A stretch of DNA of 64,000 nucleotides from Bdellovibrionota bacterium (GCA_050950765.1 JBMNIF010000002.1:1-64000), one strand, 5' to 3'; positions 1 through 11,050 are shown, numbered from the stretch's first letter. Notes: a model not told the origin generated them from the letters alone. Made by a program: numbers and translations.

Positions 1-1
1 T

Positions 2-1014
2 GTAGCGCCGTGTGGAACTGCATTAACAGAGAATCAATTGCATCGAATATCAAAGATCCTTCCTAAAGCATACGTTGTTTTTGATGGCGATCAAGCAGGG
101 CGTACTGCTGCTGCCAGATCTTTTACGATATTTTTAAATTCAGGCATGGAAGCGCAAGCTCTTTTCTTACCGCAAGGTGAAGATCCTGATTCGATTGCGC
201 GCAAATACGGTTCAGAGAAGATTGAAAGTTATTTCGAAACTTTAAAAGCTGAAGCGGTTTCGTTATTAGATTGTTATATAAACTCTCTTTTGCAAGGCTA
301 TGGTGTAGAGAAAGGCACAGAGATCGGAGCTACCATAAAAGCTAGAGTAGCTGAAGATATGGCTAAAGTCTTAAAGGATGTAAGAAATAGTATTGAACGT
401 AATGAACTGATAAAAAAAACGGCTTATCGCTTAATGGTTGATGCGGAAGATTTTAAGCGATCTATAAAATCAGATTCTTTTTCAGTAACATCTTCTCAGA
501 AAGAGAGCCTTGAAAAGTATGTTCCTCCGCAACCCACCTCTCAAGATGAAATAAATTATACTAAGAAAAAGATCTCTGAATTGCCGAGAGTTGATCAAGA
601 GCTACTGCATGTCGTTATGGCAAAAAAGAGGACTTCATTACTAAAGTTTTAACGAATGGAGATCTTTGCACGACTTTAGATCCATCAACAAGGATGTTTA
701 TTGAGGGGTTGCATGAAATCTTATTAACTGATGAGGAAGACCTTCAAAAAAAAGAAGCGATAAAAGATTTATTAGGATCTTTTGGTTCATCTTGGATAAG
801 GCATTGGAAAAGAAGCTATGCTATGCTTGAAGATAAAAGTGTCAACATGGAGAGGTCATTTGAGGAATGTCTCACCACGATGAGGCGCCAGAGGCTGATA
901 AATGCAAGGCAAGAGTTAAAACAGCAGCTCGTTTCCTGTCGCGATAGGGCAGAGCATGAACAGATATTAGCTGATACTTTGCAGATAAATAGGCAACTAG
1001 CAAGGTTGCAGTAA
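2..1014 (+). CDS. dnaG: DNA primase, C-terminal part (5' end outside window; one frameshift near 622-627)
   Basis: TOPRIM motifs VAPCGTALT, VVFDGDQAG and GEDPDS. ORFs 38-652 and 694-1014 join if one A is added to the A6 run at 622-627. Lies directly upstream of rpoD. Confidence 0.9.
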
Positions 1015-1434
1015 TTTTTTTAGCGTTTATTTGTTAGCGTTTGTTTGAGTTTTTTATAAAAAGCCAATTAAGTTTAGGGAGATATTGAGAAATATTAGTA
1101 TCTTATGATAGAATATAGTGTTCCTGAGACCTTACTAAGGTTGCTCTAGTGGCTGATTGTCGCGGATTGGGGATCTTGTCAATCTTTTTTTGAAACGGCA
1201 TGATATACAATGCGTTAAGGTAAGGGGTAGGGATCGTTCGGTACATTTTTTAATAAAATCTGATTTTACTTTTTATTTTTGTATCTAAATCTACTTATTT
1301 GGATTTGATTACAATCCCCTTATGCCGTGTTAACGCTAAAGAGGAGCTCTACGGGAGTCTGTTTTGAACAACATCTCTTGTGGAGGGGGTGTGTGTAAAA
1401 GAATAGTTTTTGCTAAGTTATTGAGAGGGATATA

Positions 1435-3837
1435 GTGGTTATAAAAAAGACCAAGAGCACCAAAAAACAAGCAGTGGTATCAAAATCATCTGCCAAGTCT
1501 ACCAAGCCATCAAAAAAAGAAACTGCTGCCTCATCTAAAACTAAGACAACAAAAGTGAAGGCAACAACAAAGAAGACTAGCGTTTCTAAAACGGCTGCTT
1601 CTAAGGCTACTACTTCTAAAGCAAGTGCAACAAAAGTGAAAACGAAGACTGCTGCCTCTCAAAAAAAAGAAAAAGAAAGTGTCAAAAAGAAAGCTACTGC
1701 TACTAAAAGCAAAGCTACTCCTGCTAAAAGCGCCGTTAAAAGTAAGGCTACCTCGATTGTTCGCACTAGAAGTACAGCTGCAAAAGGAAGTAAGATAGCT
1801 CACCAAAGTGCCACAAAAGAGAAGAGCTAAACGTGCCGTTAGTGTGAAGGGAAGTAGCGCTGTTGAAGGCAGTAAAGAAAAATAGTTTTGCAGCGTTTGA
1901 GAAAACAGAGCATCGCAGAAAGAAGTACGCCAGAACGATCTCAAAAAATTTCCAAGAAGTCGATAAAGCAACCTGCATCAGAAAATGAGCTTGATAAGGC
2001 TTCTTTAAAGGGAGGAGATATTGAAAGCGGTGTTTCAAAACTTTTAGCTGAAGGTAAAGAAAAAGGGTTTTTAACTGTTGAAGATATCGGGGAAGCTCTC
2101 TCAGGGGAAGCTGTATCTGAAGAAAGCTTAGAAGAAGTTATCTCCATGTTCGATGAACATGATATCGATATTATTGATGAGCAAGTCGCTGGATTCGAAG
2201 AAGCAACAGATCCTGCTTATCGAGATGATGAGGGGATCGTCAATAGCTCCATAGGGAAAAGTACAGATCCTGTTAGGATGTATCTCAGAGAAATGGGGAA
2301 TGTCAGCTTGCTTACCAGAGAGGGCGAAGTCGTAATTGCAAAACGTATTGAAAGGGGGCAGAACCTTGCACAAGAACAGATCTTGCTACACCCTTTAAGT
2401 TTAGAGTACGTGGTGGGTCTTTTTGATAAGGTTAAGAATGATGAAATTCGGTTGAGAGATCTTTTTGCTGATGAAACGGAAGAGGGGCCTGATACCGCTA
2501 GCAAGGAAAATGATGATTCTGATGAGAATGAAGAGAACGAGGAGGAGAGCGGCACCGAAAAACAGACCGTTTTAGATGAAGAGGGAAGAGTGCGCTAAAA
2601 AAGAGTTTTTAAAGAAAGGGGTAAGTTGCAAAAAAGCTCTGAAGGAAACAGCCAAGCTTTTCTCAGAATTATGCCAAGCACGTGATAGTGGGAAAAATAA
2701 AGTTCTCGCAGATCTAAAACAGAAGTATCGTCGTTTGTTGTTGCGGAATGGACAAAAGATTGCAAAATTGAATTTGAATGCAAAGCAATTTCAGATTATG
2801 TCAAGAGAGATTCGTGACGTCAATGCAAGTTTGCGAGTACTAAGGATTGAATTAACACGCTATCAGAATACTTTAAACAGAGATTCTGATGAGCTGCTTG
2901 CTGCTATCCCCGAGCTACTTTCAGAGGATCAGTTAAAGTTTAAGCGTGTTTGCAGGCGTCTAAAATTAAGAGCTGCTGAGGCTAGAGAATTAGGTCTTTT
3001 GTTGCAGCAAACGAAGAGCAAGATGAGTGAGCTAGAAAAACGTGTGATGTTTGATCTAGAGGATTTTGCACGTTCTGTTGAGGTTCTTGTTGACTCTGAA
3101 CGCAAAGCTTATGAAGCAAAACAGGAGTTAGTAGAGGCCAACCTACGTTTAGTTGTTTCGATCGCTAAAAAATATACCAATCGCGGTTTACAGTTCTTAG
3201 ATCTGATCCAAGAGGGGAATATCGGATTGATGAAGGCCGTTGATAAATTTGAGTATCAACGTGGTTATAAGTTTTCGACTTATGCTACTTGGTGGATTAG
3301 GCAGGCGATTACCCGCGCCATAGCGGATCAAGCCTAGAATTATTCGTATCCCTGTACATATGATCGAAACGATTAATAAGTTGGTGAGAACCTCGAGGGT
3401 ATTGGTACAGGAATTAGGAAGAGAGCCGACCCCTGAAGAGATCGCTGATAAGATGGAGATCCCTGTAGATAAAGTTCGCAAGGTTTTAAAAATTGCTAAA
3501 GAAACCGATCTCTCTTGAAACGCCGATCGGAGAAGAGGAAGACTCTCATCTTGGTGATTTTATCGAAGACAAGCGGGAGATTTCGCCTGCGAATGCTGTT
3601 GTTAATATGAATTTACAGGAACAGACGCGGCGTGTCCTTTCTTCATTAACACCGAGGGAAGAAAAGGTGTTGAGGATGCGTTTTGGAATTGGAGAAAGGA
3701 GCGATCATACGTTAGAAGAAGTCGGACAAAACTTTGACGTAACAAGGGAGCGTATTAGGCAGATTGAAGCGAAAGCTTTGCGTAAATTACGTCATCCGAG
3801 TAGAAGCAAAAAGTTGCGTGGTTTTGTTGATGAATGA
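1435..3837 (+). CDS. rpoD: Primary sigma factor RpoD with a long Lys/Ser/Thr/Ala-rich N-terminal extension, broken by several apparent 1-nt insertions
   Basis: Motifs [40 protein letters not shown] and [16 protein letters not shown] are spread across ORFs 1888-2598, 2576-3337 and 3493-3837. Removing one base near 2596, 3334 and 3503 restores the frame. Fusion with 1435-1830 needs further corrections at ~1800-1900. Confidence 0.9.
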
Positions 3838-3922
3838 TCGGCATTGTATAAATAAATTGGAGGTGCGGCAGTTTTTTAAAAAGAATGCGGCATCATTGAT
3901 GTTCGAGCGGAGATCGTTGTTT

Positions 3923-4531
3923 ATGAAACTATCCAAAATGATTGCAAGAAATACCCTCTGTTCGCTACTTTTATTAAATGTGGCTTGTGGTAGGTATGGA
4001 GATCCTCAACCGCCTGAGTTTTTTGCTCCACAAGGGGTAAATAATCTGCAAGTCACTGCGGATCTTAACGGTGTGCTTTTAAAGTGGGAAGCGCCAGAGC
4101 AGGATAGGCGTGGAGAGGCATTAAAATCAATTGATGGCTATTTTGTTAATAGAAGAATTATTTCTAAAGCGTCTGATCTTTTAGATCCTGATATTGAGGA
4201 TGAGGTGTTGGGAACTGTGCTTGATACTCATCTGCAAGTTTTAAAAGATCTACGTCAGAAAGCTATTGAAGAGGGGAAGATATCGAGAAAAGTCTCTGTT
4301 GATGAAGCGTTAAAACGATTTAGTTATGTAGATTCTACCGTAAAACCAGGGGTGACTTATCTTTATTCCATAGTACCCTTTAATCAAGGTAGAACAGAGG
4401 GGTTGGTGCCACTAAAAGCTAAAGTTTTATTCCGCGGAGACTCTAGTGTTGTGACAATGATAGAAACTGAAGAAGCCGATCTTAAAAAATTTACAGGCTT
4501 TAAAAAACAGAAAAATACTCTAGTTTTTTAA
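3923..4531 (+). CDS. Lipoprotein with fibronectin type III-like domain
   Basis: Lipobox-like LNVAC followed by GRYGDPQPP; FN3-like segments VLLKWEAP and YVDSTVKPGVTYLYSIV. Start placed at ATG 3923. Confidence 0.6.
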   Translation: MKLSKMIARNTLCSLLLLNVACGRYGDPQPPEFFAPQGVNNLQVTADLNGVLLKWEAPEQDRRGEALKSIDGYFVNRRIISKASDLLDPDIEDEVLGTVLDTHLQVLKDLRQKAIEEGKISRKVSVDEALKRFSYVDSTVKPGVTYLYSIVPFNQGRTEGLVPLKAKVLFRGDSSVVTMIETEEADLKKFTGFKKQKNTLVF

Positions 4532-4636
4532 ATGAGTTATTTAAAAATATTTTAGATCTATTTTCTTGTAAATATAACAAACTCGAGTTATATTTCACGA
4601 TGGTTGAGTTTTTATTTAAAGGAATAGGGGCCAAAT

Positions 4637-5500
4637 ATGGTTAAAAGAGAAAAAGCCAATTATCTGATTCAGTCGGTATCTCATGCTGTCGATGTGCTTG
4701 AGGAGTTAGCGAATTCTTCTGGTGAAATTGGAGTTACAGAGTTATCGAAGAATCTAAAATTACATAAAAATAATGTTTTTAGATTATTGGCTACGTTGGA
4801 GTTGCGTGGATATGTCGAGCAGAATAGTGAATCCGAAAATTATAGATTAGGGGTGAAAACCCTACATCTAGGGCAAGCTTATTTAGCTCACAGTTCTCTT
4901 ATCGCTAAATCGATGCCGATTTTGAAAAAACTTTCTGATGAGATCGGAGAAACTGTTAATTTGGCTATTATGCGGAATGGTTACGTGCAATTCCCTGTTA
5001 GTATTGAATCGAAAAGACCTGTAAAAGTTTCTCCAAGAAATGCAGTTTCAATCTCTGCTAAGCTTTGTTCTGTCGGAAGATTGTTGACGGCGCAGTTACC
5101 TGATGCTGTCTTGGATGAACTTCTTGTTGGTAATACGCCGCAAGAAGTTGCGATTCGTAATCAATTAAACGAATTGAGATCCAGCGGGCGTGCTATTGAT
5201 CGTGGTGCTATTGAAACAGATGTTATTTCAATAGCAAAGGTTGTGCGAGATAATACAAATGAGGTTGTTGGTGCTGTTGAGGTATTAATTCCTCAGTATC
5301 GTGCGAAAGTTGATGACTGCTTGCCGAAGGTCGAGCAGGCGGCTGAGGCTTTAACGATAGCCTTAGGAGCTCCTGTGAAAGGGGGGTTGCGTTCAGAGAT
5401 AGAGAAAGGTGTAACAGCTGCAGGAGAGAAAACTTCTCAAATCCTACATCCCACCCATAAGACACCTACCACAACTCATAGTTCTATGCGTAGTAAATAG
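4637..5500 (+). CDS. IclR family transcriptional regulator
   Basis: IclR HTH (IQSVSHAVDVLE...GVTELSKNLKLHKNNVFRLLATL...YRLG) and effector domain (GETVNLA). Confidence 0.9.
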   Translation: MVKREKANYLIQSVSHAVDVLEELANSSGEIGVTELSKNLKLHKNNVFRLLATLELRGYVEQNSESENYRLGVKTLHLGQAYLAHSSLIAKSMPILKKLSDEIGETVNLAIMRNGYVQFPVSIESKRPVKVSPRNAVSISAKLCSVGRLLTAQLPDAVLDELLVGNTPQEVAIRNQLNELRSSGRAIDRGAIETDVISIAKVVRDNTNEVVGAVEVLIPQYRAKVDDCLPKVEQAAEALTIALGAPVKGGLRSEIEKGVTAAGEKTSQILHPTHKTPTTTHSSMRSK

Positions 5501-5550
5501 TGTTGTTTTTTAAATATCTTTGACTAAGCGTTAATCCGGTACCAGATGAG

Positions 5551-5756
5551 AGTTTGGTGCCGGATTTTGTTTAGGTGCGCTAAGCTAAATTTGGCTGCAG
5601 CACTGGTGCCAGCCTTCACAGCACTGTGCTGGCTGGTTGGTTTGGTGCCACCCTTCAGAAACTCCCTCTCTGAGGGTTTGGAAATTTGGTGCCACCCTTT
5701 AGGTTTGGGTGGGTCTGCTGAATTTGGTGCCACCCTTCAGAAACTCCCTCTGAAAG
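5551..5756. repeat. GGGTGGCACCA-motif cluster (3 exact reverse-strand copies plus degenerate ones)
   Basis: TGGTGCCACCC at 5643, 5687 and 5725, between convergent genes. Confidence 0.85.
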
Positions 5757-5899
5757 TGAGGTAGGGTAGGATAGAGCGTCAGCATTAGTATATTCTCTCT
5801 CTTAAGTTTAGTGGTAAATAGGCATTATTTACCTTCCTTTCTAAAATTTACACGAAAGAGGTGTTTAAACGATTCAAAAAAATATAGAACGACAAGCAC

Positions 5900-7312
5900 T
5901 TAACTTGGAATCCAAAACAAGCTTGCTACTAAAGAGCTTGCAATGATGCCTGCGATATCCGCTAACAGCCCGCAAGCTAAGGCGTGTCTAATTCGAGTTA
6001 TTCCAACGCTTCCAAAATAAACTGCGATGACATAAAATGTAGTTTCCGTGCAACCCATCAAAATTGAAGCAACAAAGGCTTCATATGAATTGGGTGCGTG
6101 ATTGATAATTTCACTTACTACGGCAAAAGCTCCAGTTCCTGAGAGTGGACGTAGTAAAGCAACAGGCAAAGCCTCTGCTGGAAGGCCTATCCAAGCGGTA
6201 TAGGGACCGATCATATCAGTTAATATGGCCATAGCTCCAGAAGCTCTAAACATCCCTACGGCAACGAGAATTGCTACCAAAAACGGGATAATGCGTACTG
6301 CTATATCGAATCCTTGTTTGGCACCATCAGTTACTGCCTCATACATTTTCACACCACGGTAAAAACCGTAAGAGATAATGAGGAGCATTAGTAGCGGCAT
6401 TAGCCAAAATGAGATGACTTCATTCATTAAAAAATCTTTGACTGCGTTCCATGTTGTGCAACTTATTCCTAAAGCACAAATAGGAGAGCTCTGCAATAAA
6501 ACAGCATCGGAAGTTTTAATGAATATTGAAACTAACCTGTATACAAAGATAGTAGCGATAGTTCCTAAGGTTAGCCAACATAGGAAACGCCCTGTTTTTG
6601 TTGGGGTAGTTAATAAATTATCATATTTATTGTGGCGATCATCTTTTTCGCAATCTTCTTGAGGTAAAGTTACGTCTGCATTTTCTGAGGGGGCAGCAAT
6701 AACAGCAGCTGTATATTGCTTATCGCGTGCTGCAAAAAAAATTGCGGCTAAAACGGCAACCAAAGTAGAGATAGATGTCGCAATTAGAGTCGGAAGGAAA
6801 ATGTCAGCAGGTCTTCCACATCCTGCCGCCGCTCTAACACCAATTACTCCAAGGGGTAATAGTGTGACGCTAGAGGTATTGATGGCGAGAAAAAGACACA
6901 TTGCATTTGTAGCTGTGCCCTTTATGGGATTAATCTTGTCTAGCTCTGTCATAGCCTTCAATCCAAAAGGTGTTGCAGCATTGCCCAACCCCAGCATATT
7001 GGCTGATATATTTAATAACATTGCGCTCATAGCGGGATGTCCAGCAGGAATATCGGGAAAAAGTTTCTGAAGATAAGGTCTGACAGCTTCTGCTAAAGAA
7101 TACATCAAACCACCTGCCTCCAAGATCCTTACAAGCCCCAACCAAAGAGCCATAATTCCAATTAGACCGATAGCTAAAGATACGGCACTCTTAGCAGTAG
7201 CAAAGCTAGCATCCACAACTGCTTGCAGATTTCCATTATAAGCACCTAATAAGATTGAAATAATTATAAAGGATACGAAGATAATGTTAATAGCACTGGA
7301 TTTTTTCTTCAT
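5900..7312 (-). CDS. SpmA/SpmB fusion (nucleoside recognition gate domain) membrane protein
   Basis: SpmA motifs NMLGLGNAATPFGLKAM and INTSSVTLLP; SpmB motifs RPLSGTGA and GCTETTFYVIAVYFG. Confidence 0.9.
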   Translation of the reverse strand: MKKKSSAINIIFVSFIIISILLGAYNGNLQAVVDASFATAKSAVSLAIGLIGIMALWLGLVRILEAGGLMYSLAEAVRPYLQKLFPDIPAGHPAMSAMLLNISANMLGLGNAATPFGLKAMTELDKINPIKGTATNAMCLFLAINTSSVTLLPLGVIGVRAAAGCGRPADIFLPTLIATSISTLVAVLAAIFFAARDKQYTAAVIAAPSENADVTLPQEDCEKDDRHNKYDNLLTTPTKTGRFLCWLTLGTIATIFVYRLVSIFIKTSDAVLLQSSPICALGISCTTWNAVKDFLMNEVISFWLMPLLMLLIISYGFYRGVKMYEAVTDGAKQGFDIAVRIIPFLVAILVAVGMFRASGAMAILTDMIGPYTAWIGLPAEALPVALLRPLSGTGAFAVVSEIINHAPNSYEAFVASILMGCTETTFYVIAVYFGSVGITRIRHALACGLLADIAGIIASSLVASLFWIPS

Positions 7313-7410
7313 AGGTAAAGTAATGGAATTTAAAAAAAGAACTTAAAGATCATACACTTAAGGATCATGCAAAATAGGGGAGTATTGCACAAGATAAAAT
7401 ATAATTTTTT

Positions 7411-7566
7411 TCACTGGTGCCACCCTTCAGGGACGACCGGACGGGCTGGAACTGCAAAACGGATCAGCTAGCTCTTCACGGGGATTAAAAAACTGGTGCC
7501 ACCCTTCTTTTCTTTTTCTAGCGCCATCCCCACACTAAAGGGTGGCACCAATCCCAATCTCCAAAC
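7411..7566. repeat. Motif cluster upstream of the HUH nuclease gene, including one 79-bp module
   Basis: TGGTGCCACCC at 7415 and 7494 (79 bp apart); GGGTGGCACCA at 7540. Confidence 0.85.
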
Positions 7567-7698
7567 TTTTTTCATTTTTACCCACAATAAAATCCTAACT
7601 CTAGCGACAATTAGGCGTTAGAATTTGGCAATCCTGCCAAACTAACCGGCAATTCTGCCAATTTATTGATTATTTTTATTTTTATCTGGAGTTGTCTT

Positions 7699-8667
7699 AT
7701 GAGAAATCGTCGAGATAGGAGAAATCCTAATAAAATGGTGGTACATGTCACCAATAGAACATTATCTGGCTTGCCATTTCTAGCACGCCTTTTTATGAAA
7801 TGGATCCTGTTAGGGATTATGGCACGTTGCCAAGAGCACCATCGTGTTAGAATTGCTCATTTTAATTGGATGAGTAACCACTTTCACATGATATTAGTTG
7901 GTGAAGGGAAGCACATCTCTTCATTTATGGGAGAGATGGAAAGTGCAGTTGCACGCGCTATTAAGAAACTAACGCCGCAATATAGGAGAAACGTTTGGGA
8001 TGGACGTTTTAAGGAGCAACGTTTGTTAACTCATAATGATGTTATCGATAAGATAGTCTATATTTATATAAATCCTGTAAAAGCAGGACTCGTTGCACAT
8101 GCTGATGATTGGGAAGGGTGTAGTAGTTTTAGAATGTATAAATCAGGTTCTTTAACAGTGCAGGGTAAGTATACCTCTTCTACTAATTTACGTAAGTTAC
8201 CGCAGAGACTTCATAAAATAAGCGATGCTATTTTATTAAAAATGCTTAATATGTTTCCGCACACTTGTCATGAGCTTAAGATTACCCCTGATGCTTGGAA
8301 GAATTGTTTTGAAGAATCAAAAAACCTTACGTCTGAAGAGATCTTTAAAACAATAATGACAGAGATTTCAAAAAGGGAAGAAGAGATTGCACTTGAAAGG
8401 AAGGGGCATTTTATGGGGATGCGTAAAGTGCAGCAGCAATCGATAAATATTGCGTATGTACCTAAGAAGAAGACGCGTACGCCGTATTTAATTTGTTGGA
8501 TTAAGGAGTTACGGATAAAAGCGATAGCAGAATATAAGGCTTTTTGTGAAGAGTGTAGAAAGGCTTGGAAGAAGTGGAAGCAAGGTGATATTTCAGCTAA
8601 GTTTGTTTATGGGGCATTTCGTCCGAGTATGCCTATTGTAGGTAGGCTTTGCGGGGTGGCGACCTGA
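7699..8667 (+). CDS. RAYT/TnpA_REP-like HUH (Y1) transposase/endonuclease with C-terminal extension
   Basis: VHVTNRT, HUH motif WMSNHFHMIL, VWDGRF, and catalytic-Tyr region YIYINPVKAGLV...DW..CSS, all typical of Y1_Tnp/RAYT proteins. ATG 7699 follows GGAG. Confidence 0.88.
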   Translation: MRNRRDRRNPNKMVVHVTNRTLSGLPFLARLFMKWILLGIMARCQEHHRVRIAHFNWMSNHFHMILVGEGKHISSFMGEMESAVARAIKKLTPQYRRNVWDGRFKEQRLLTHNDVIDKIVYIYINPVKAGLVAHADDWEGCSSFRMYKSGSLTVQGKYTSSTNLRKLPQRLHKISDAILLKMLNMFPHTCHELKITPDAWKNCFEESKNLTSEEIFKTIMTEISKREEEIALERKGHFMGMRKVQQQSINIAYVPKKKTRTPYLICWIKELRIKAIAEYKAFCEECRKAWKKWKQGDISAKFVYGAFRPSMPIVGRLCGVAT

Positions 8668-9318
8668 AAAAAGTAATGTAAAAAAGCTGCTTTTTTGACC
8701 CGTTAATAATATGAAATCTAAATTTCAACAGGGAAGATCTATCTAAAATCTGAAAATAGTCAATTAATTGTAAATTGTAGTATCAAATTTAAGGAAATTT
8801 AAGGTGAGTTAAGCTTGCTGACAGCAGCATAAGCAGAAAAAAGGCTGTCAGAAGAACAAAAACAGCAAAGCAGGTCGTACTGGTGGGTGGCACCAGTGAC
8901 TTATCCGTATTTAATTTGTTGGATTAAGGAGTTACGGATAAAGGCGATAGCAGAACATAAGGCTTTTTGTGAAGAGTGTAGAAAGGCTTGGAAGAAGTGG
9001 AGGCAAGGTGATATTTCAGCCAAGTTTGTTTATGGGGCATTTCGTCCGAGTATGCCTATTGTAGGTAGGCTTTGCGGGGTGGCGACCTGAAAAAAGTAAC
9101 GTAAAAAAGCTGCTTTTTTGACCCGATAATAATATGAAATCTAAATTTCAACGGGGAAGATCTATCTAAAATCTGAAAATAGTCAATTAATTGTAAATTG
9201 TAGTATCAAATTTAAGGAAATTTAAGGTGAGTTAAGCTTGCTGGCAGTAGCATAAGCAGAAAAAAGGCTGTCAGAAGAGCAAAAACAGCAAAGCAGGTCG
9301 TACTGGTGGGTGGCACCA
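8482..9318 (+). repeat. Tandem duplication (period 423 bp) of the nuclease 3' end plus downstream region
   Basis: 8482-8895 is repeated at 8905-9318 with about 10 substitutions; both copies end in GGGTGGCACCA. Confidence 0.95.
8905..9090 (+). pseudogene. Duplicated C-terminal fragment of the HUH nuclease
   Basis: PYLICWIKELR...RLCGVAT is near-identical to the C-terminus of 7699-8667 and lacks the N-terminal domain. Confidence 0.85.
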
Positions 9319-9744
9319 AGGACAAGAAGCAAGCAAGCAAGCAAGACTGGGATATTATCGGTCAATATGGTGGTGTGGTTTTCCACAACTTTTGCCATAT
9401 TTTGTCAAAATACGGTCTTATCGGTAAATTTAGCACAAAAGTTATCCACAGCAAATCACCAAGTTTATACTTGGACTTATCGGTTATTATATCAATAACT
9501 CTTACTGCTTTAAGCTAAAACACTACGTTACGTTAAAAACAATCCCTTTTGAGACCCTCTTTTGGCTTCCAGTGCAGAATGCAGATAAGTTTTTTTCTTT
9601 ATTTAAGCTTAAGAGACCTACTTTTAGCTAAATTTTTCAACCTTCTAACTAACATTCTGATATTATTAGGCTATTAAAACTTTTAAGGTTAAATACTTTG
9701 AATAAATTTCTTAATAAAAAAGGGTGGCACCAGACATAACATAA

Positions 9745-9942
9745 CTAAGCCATTACGTTTAAATTAGTCCCTTTTGATGGATCTTGAGCCATCTCAGGGG
9801 TCGATGAAAGGTTCGAAAATAAAATAGACATCACCTTTTCTAACTGTTCACCTTGACCTTTAATTGCTTTTACTTGAAATTGATTTGAAACCTCTGTCAT
9901 TTTTAGCTCAGAAGATAGTGCTGCAATAGAAGTAATATCCAT
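9745..9942 (-). CDS. Small YjfB-like putative motility protein (65 aa)
   Basis: MDITSIAALSSEL...DPSKGTNLNVMA resembles the YjfB family. GGAGG RBS upstream; a sigma28-like TTAG-N15-GTCGATTT lies ~9987-10013 on the minus strand. Confidence 0.6.
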   Translation of the reverse strand: MDITSIAALSSELKMTEVSNQFQVKAIKGQGEQLEKVMSILFSNLSSTPEMAQDPSKGTNLNVMA

Positions 9943-10526
9943 AAACTTCCTCCTTAAATTCCTTTCTTTTCTTTCTGATAAATAGAAAATCGACACCTTA
10001 GAGGATGAACTAAAGCAAAAAAGAGCATTGTGAAGCGCTTATAACACATTGATTATATTAAGTAAAATATCACTACAAATAAAACATTCAGATATATTAA
10101 ACACTTACAATATAATTCACTAGAATTCTAATTCTAGTGAATTATAGGGGTACCAAATCATTGTTGCCGGTCTTTTGGCTTAAAAAGAGGTAAAAGACAT
10201 TTTATACAGAATCAGCTTAATAACCTAAAAGCACATATGACCACACACCACAGCACCTCAAATATTTCCTAAGCACGAAAACAAAAATGTAGATTTTGAC
10301 CGTTTTTATTACCCATCTATTTTTTGATTTTACTTTTTAGAATAATTTGAAAAAAGTTGCGCCTGAAATTTATGTACGAGCCTAAGTAACAGCCAAGTTG
10401 TTATTTAGTAGTATAAATCTCTTTTTAAACAAACCTATCAGAAAATTTAATACCAGTTATAAGTTATGCCAGCGCATTGCTGCTGACTGTATTATACGTC
10501 ACGTGATATGCACCTGTTTAAAGGGA

Positions 10527-10980
10527 ATTTGGTGCCACCCTTCAGGGAAAAAGCTACTCAAGCATCTTATCAACTAGAGCACGATCTGGTGTACCCTACC
10601 TTGTTTCACAATATTACGTAAAAAATGGGTGGCACCAGTGATATCCGGATTTAAAACTGCAAAAGTTCAATAATATCAAAACATTAGCAAAAGATGGGGT
10701 TTGCTAATTAGAAGGGTAAAAACTCAATACTACCCTTCAGTAAAAGAGAGCAGCTGAATCTTAGAGATTAAATTTACATATCCTTCACAGTGAAAAACTA
10801 AAGAAGTATATTTCTAGCAGTATGCGTAAAAAAGATGGGTGGCACCAGAACAAACCATTACGTAAAAAATGGGTGGCATCAGAACAAACCAGAAACCAGA
10901 GCAAAGCTAGAGAAAAAAAATGGGTGGCACCAGTGACAGCCCCAGCAGACCAGCTTAAAAAATGGGTGGCACCAAGACAA
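10527..10980. repeat. GGGTGGCACCA-motif cluster
   Basis: Reverse copy at 10530; forward copies at 10627, 10837, 10922 and 10964; variant GGGTGGCATCA at 10871. Most forward copies follow an A-run plus T. Confidence 0.85.
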
Positions 10981-10989
10981 AGCCTATAA

Positions 10990-11027
10990 AAAGAGCCTCC
11001 AAGAATACTTCCTGGAGGCCTCTCTTA
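10990..11027 (-). terminator. Probable intrinsic terminator after the histone-like gene
   Basis: GCCTCCA...TGGAGGC stem with a T-run on the minus strand. Confidence 0.5.
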
Positions 11028-11050
11028 ACAACATTTAATTACAACCTGTT

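Noticed and set aside
1015..1434. Structured ncRNA between dnaG and rpoD
   Set aside because: Only short scattered complementarities, and no RNA family is recognisable.
7699..8667. IS200/IS605 element with TnpB or an RNA guide
   Set aside because: No tnpB or iscB is adjacent, and the protein motifs and length fit RAYT-like proteins rather than the ~150-aa IS200 TnpA.
9355..9484. Replication origin (TTATCCACA at 9442, TTTTCCACA at 9379, TTATCGGT three times)
   Set aside because: Only one perfect DnaA box and no dnaA/dnaN/gidA context; GC skew cannot be computed by eye.
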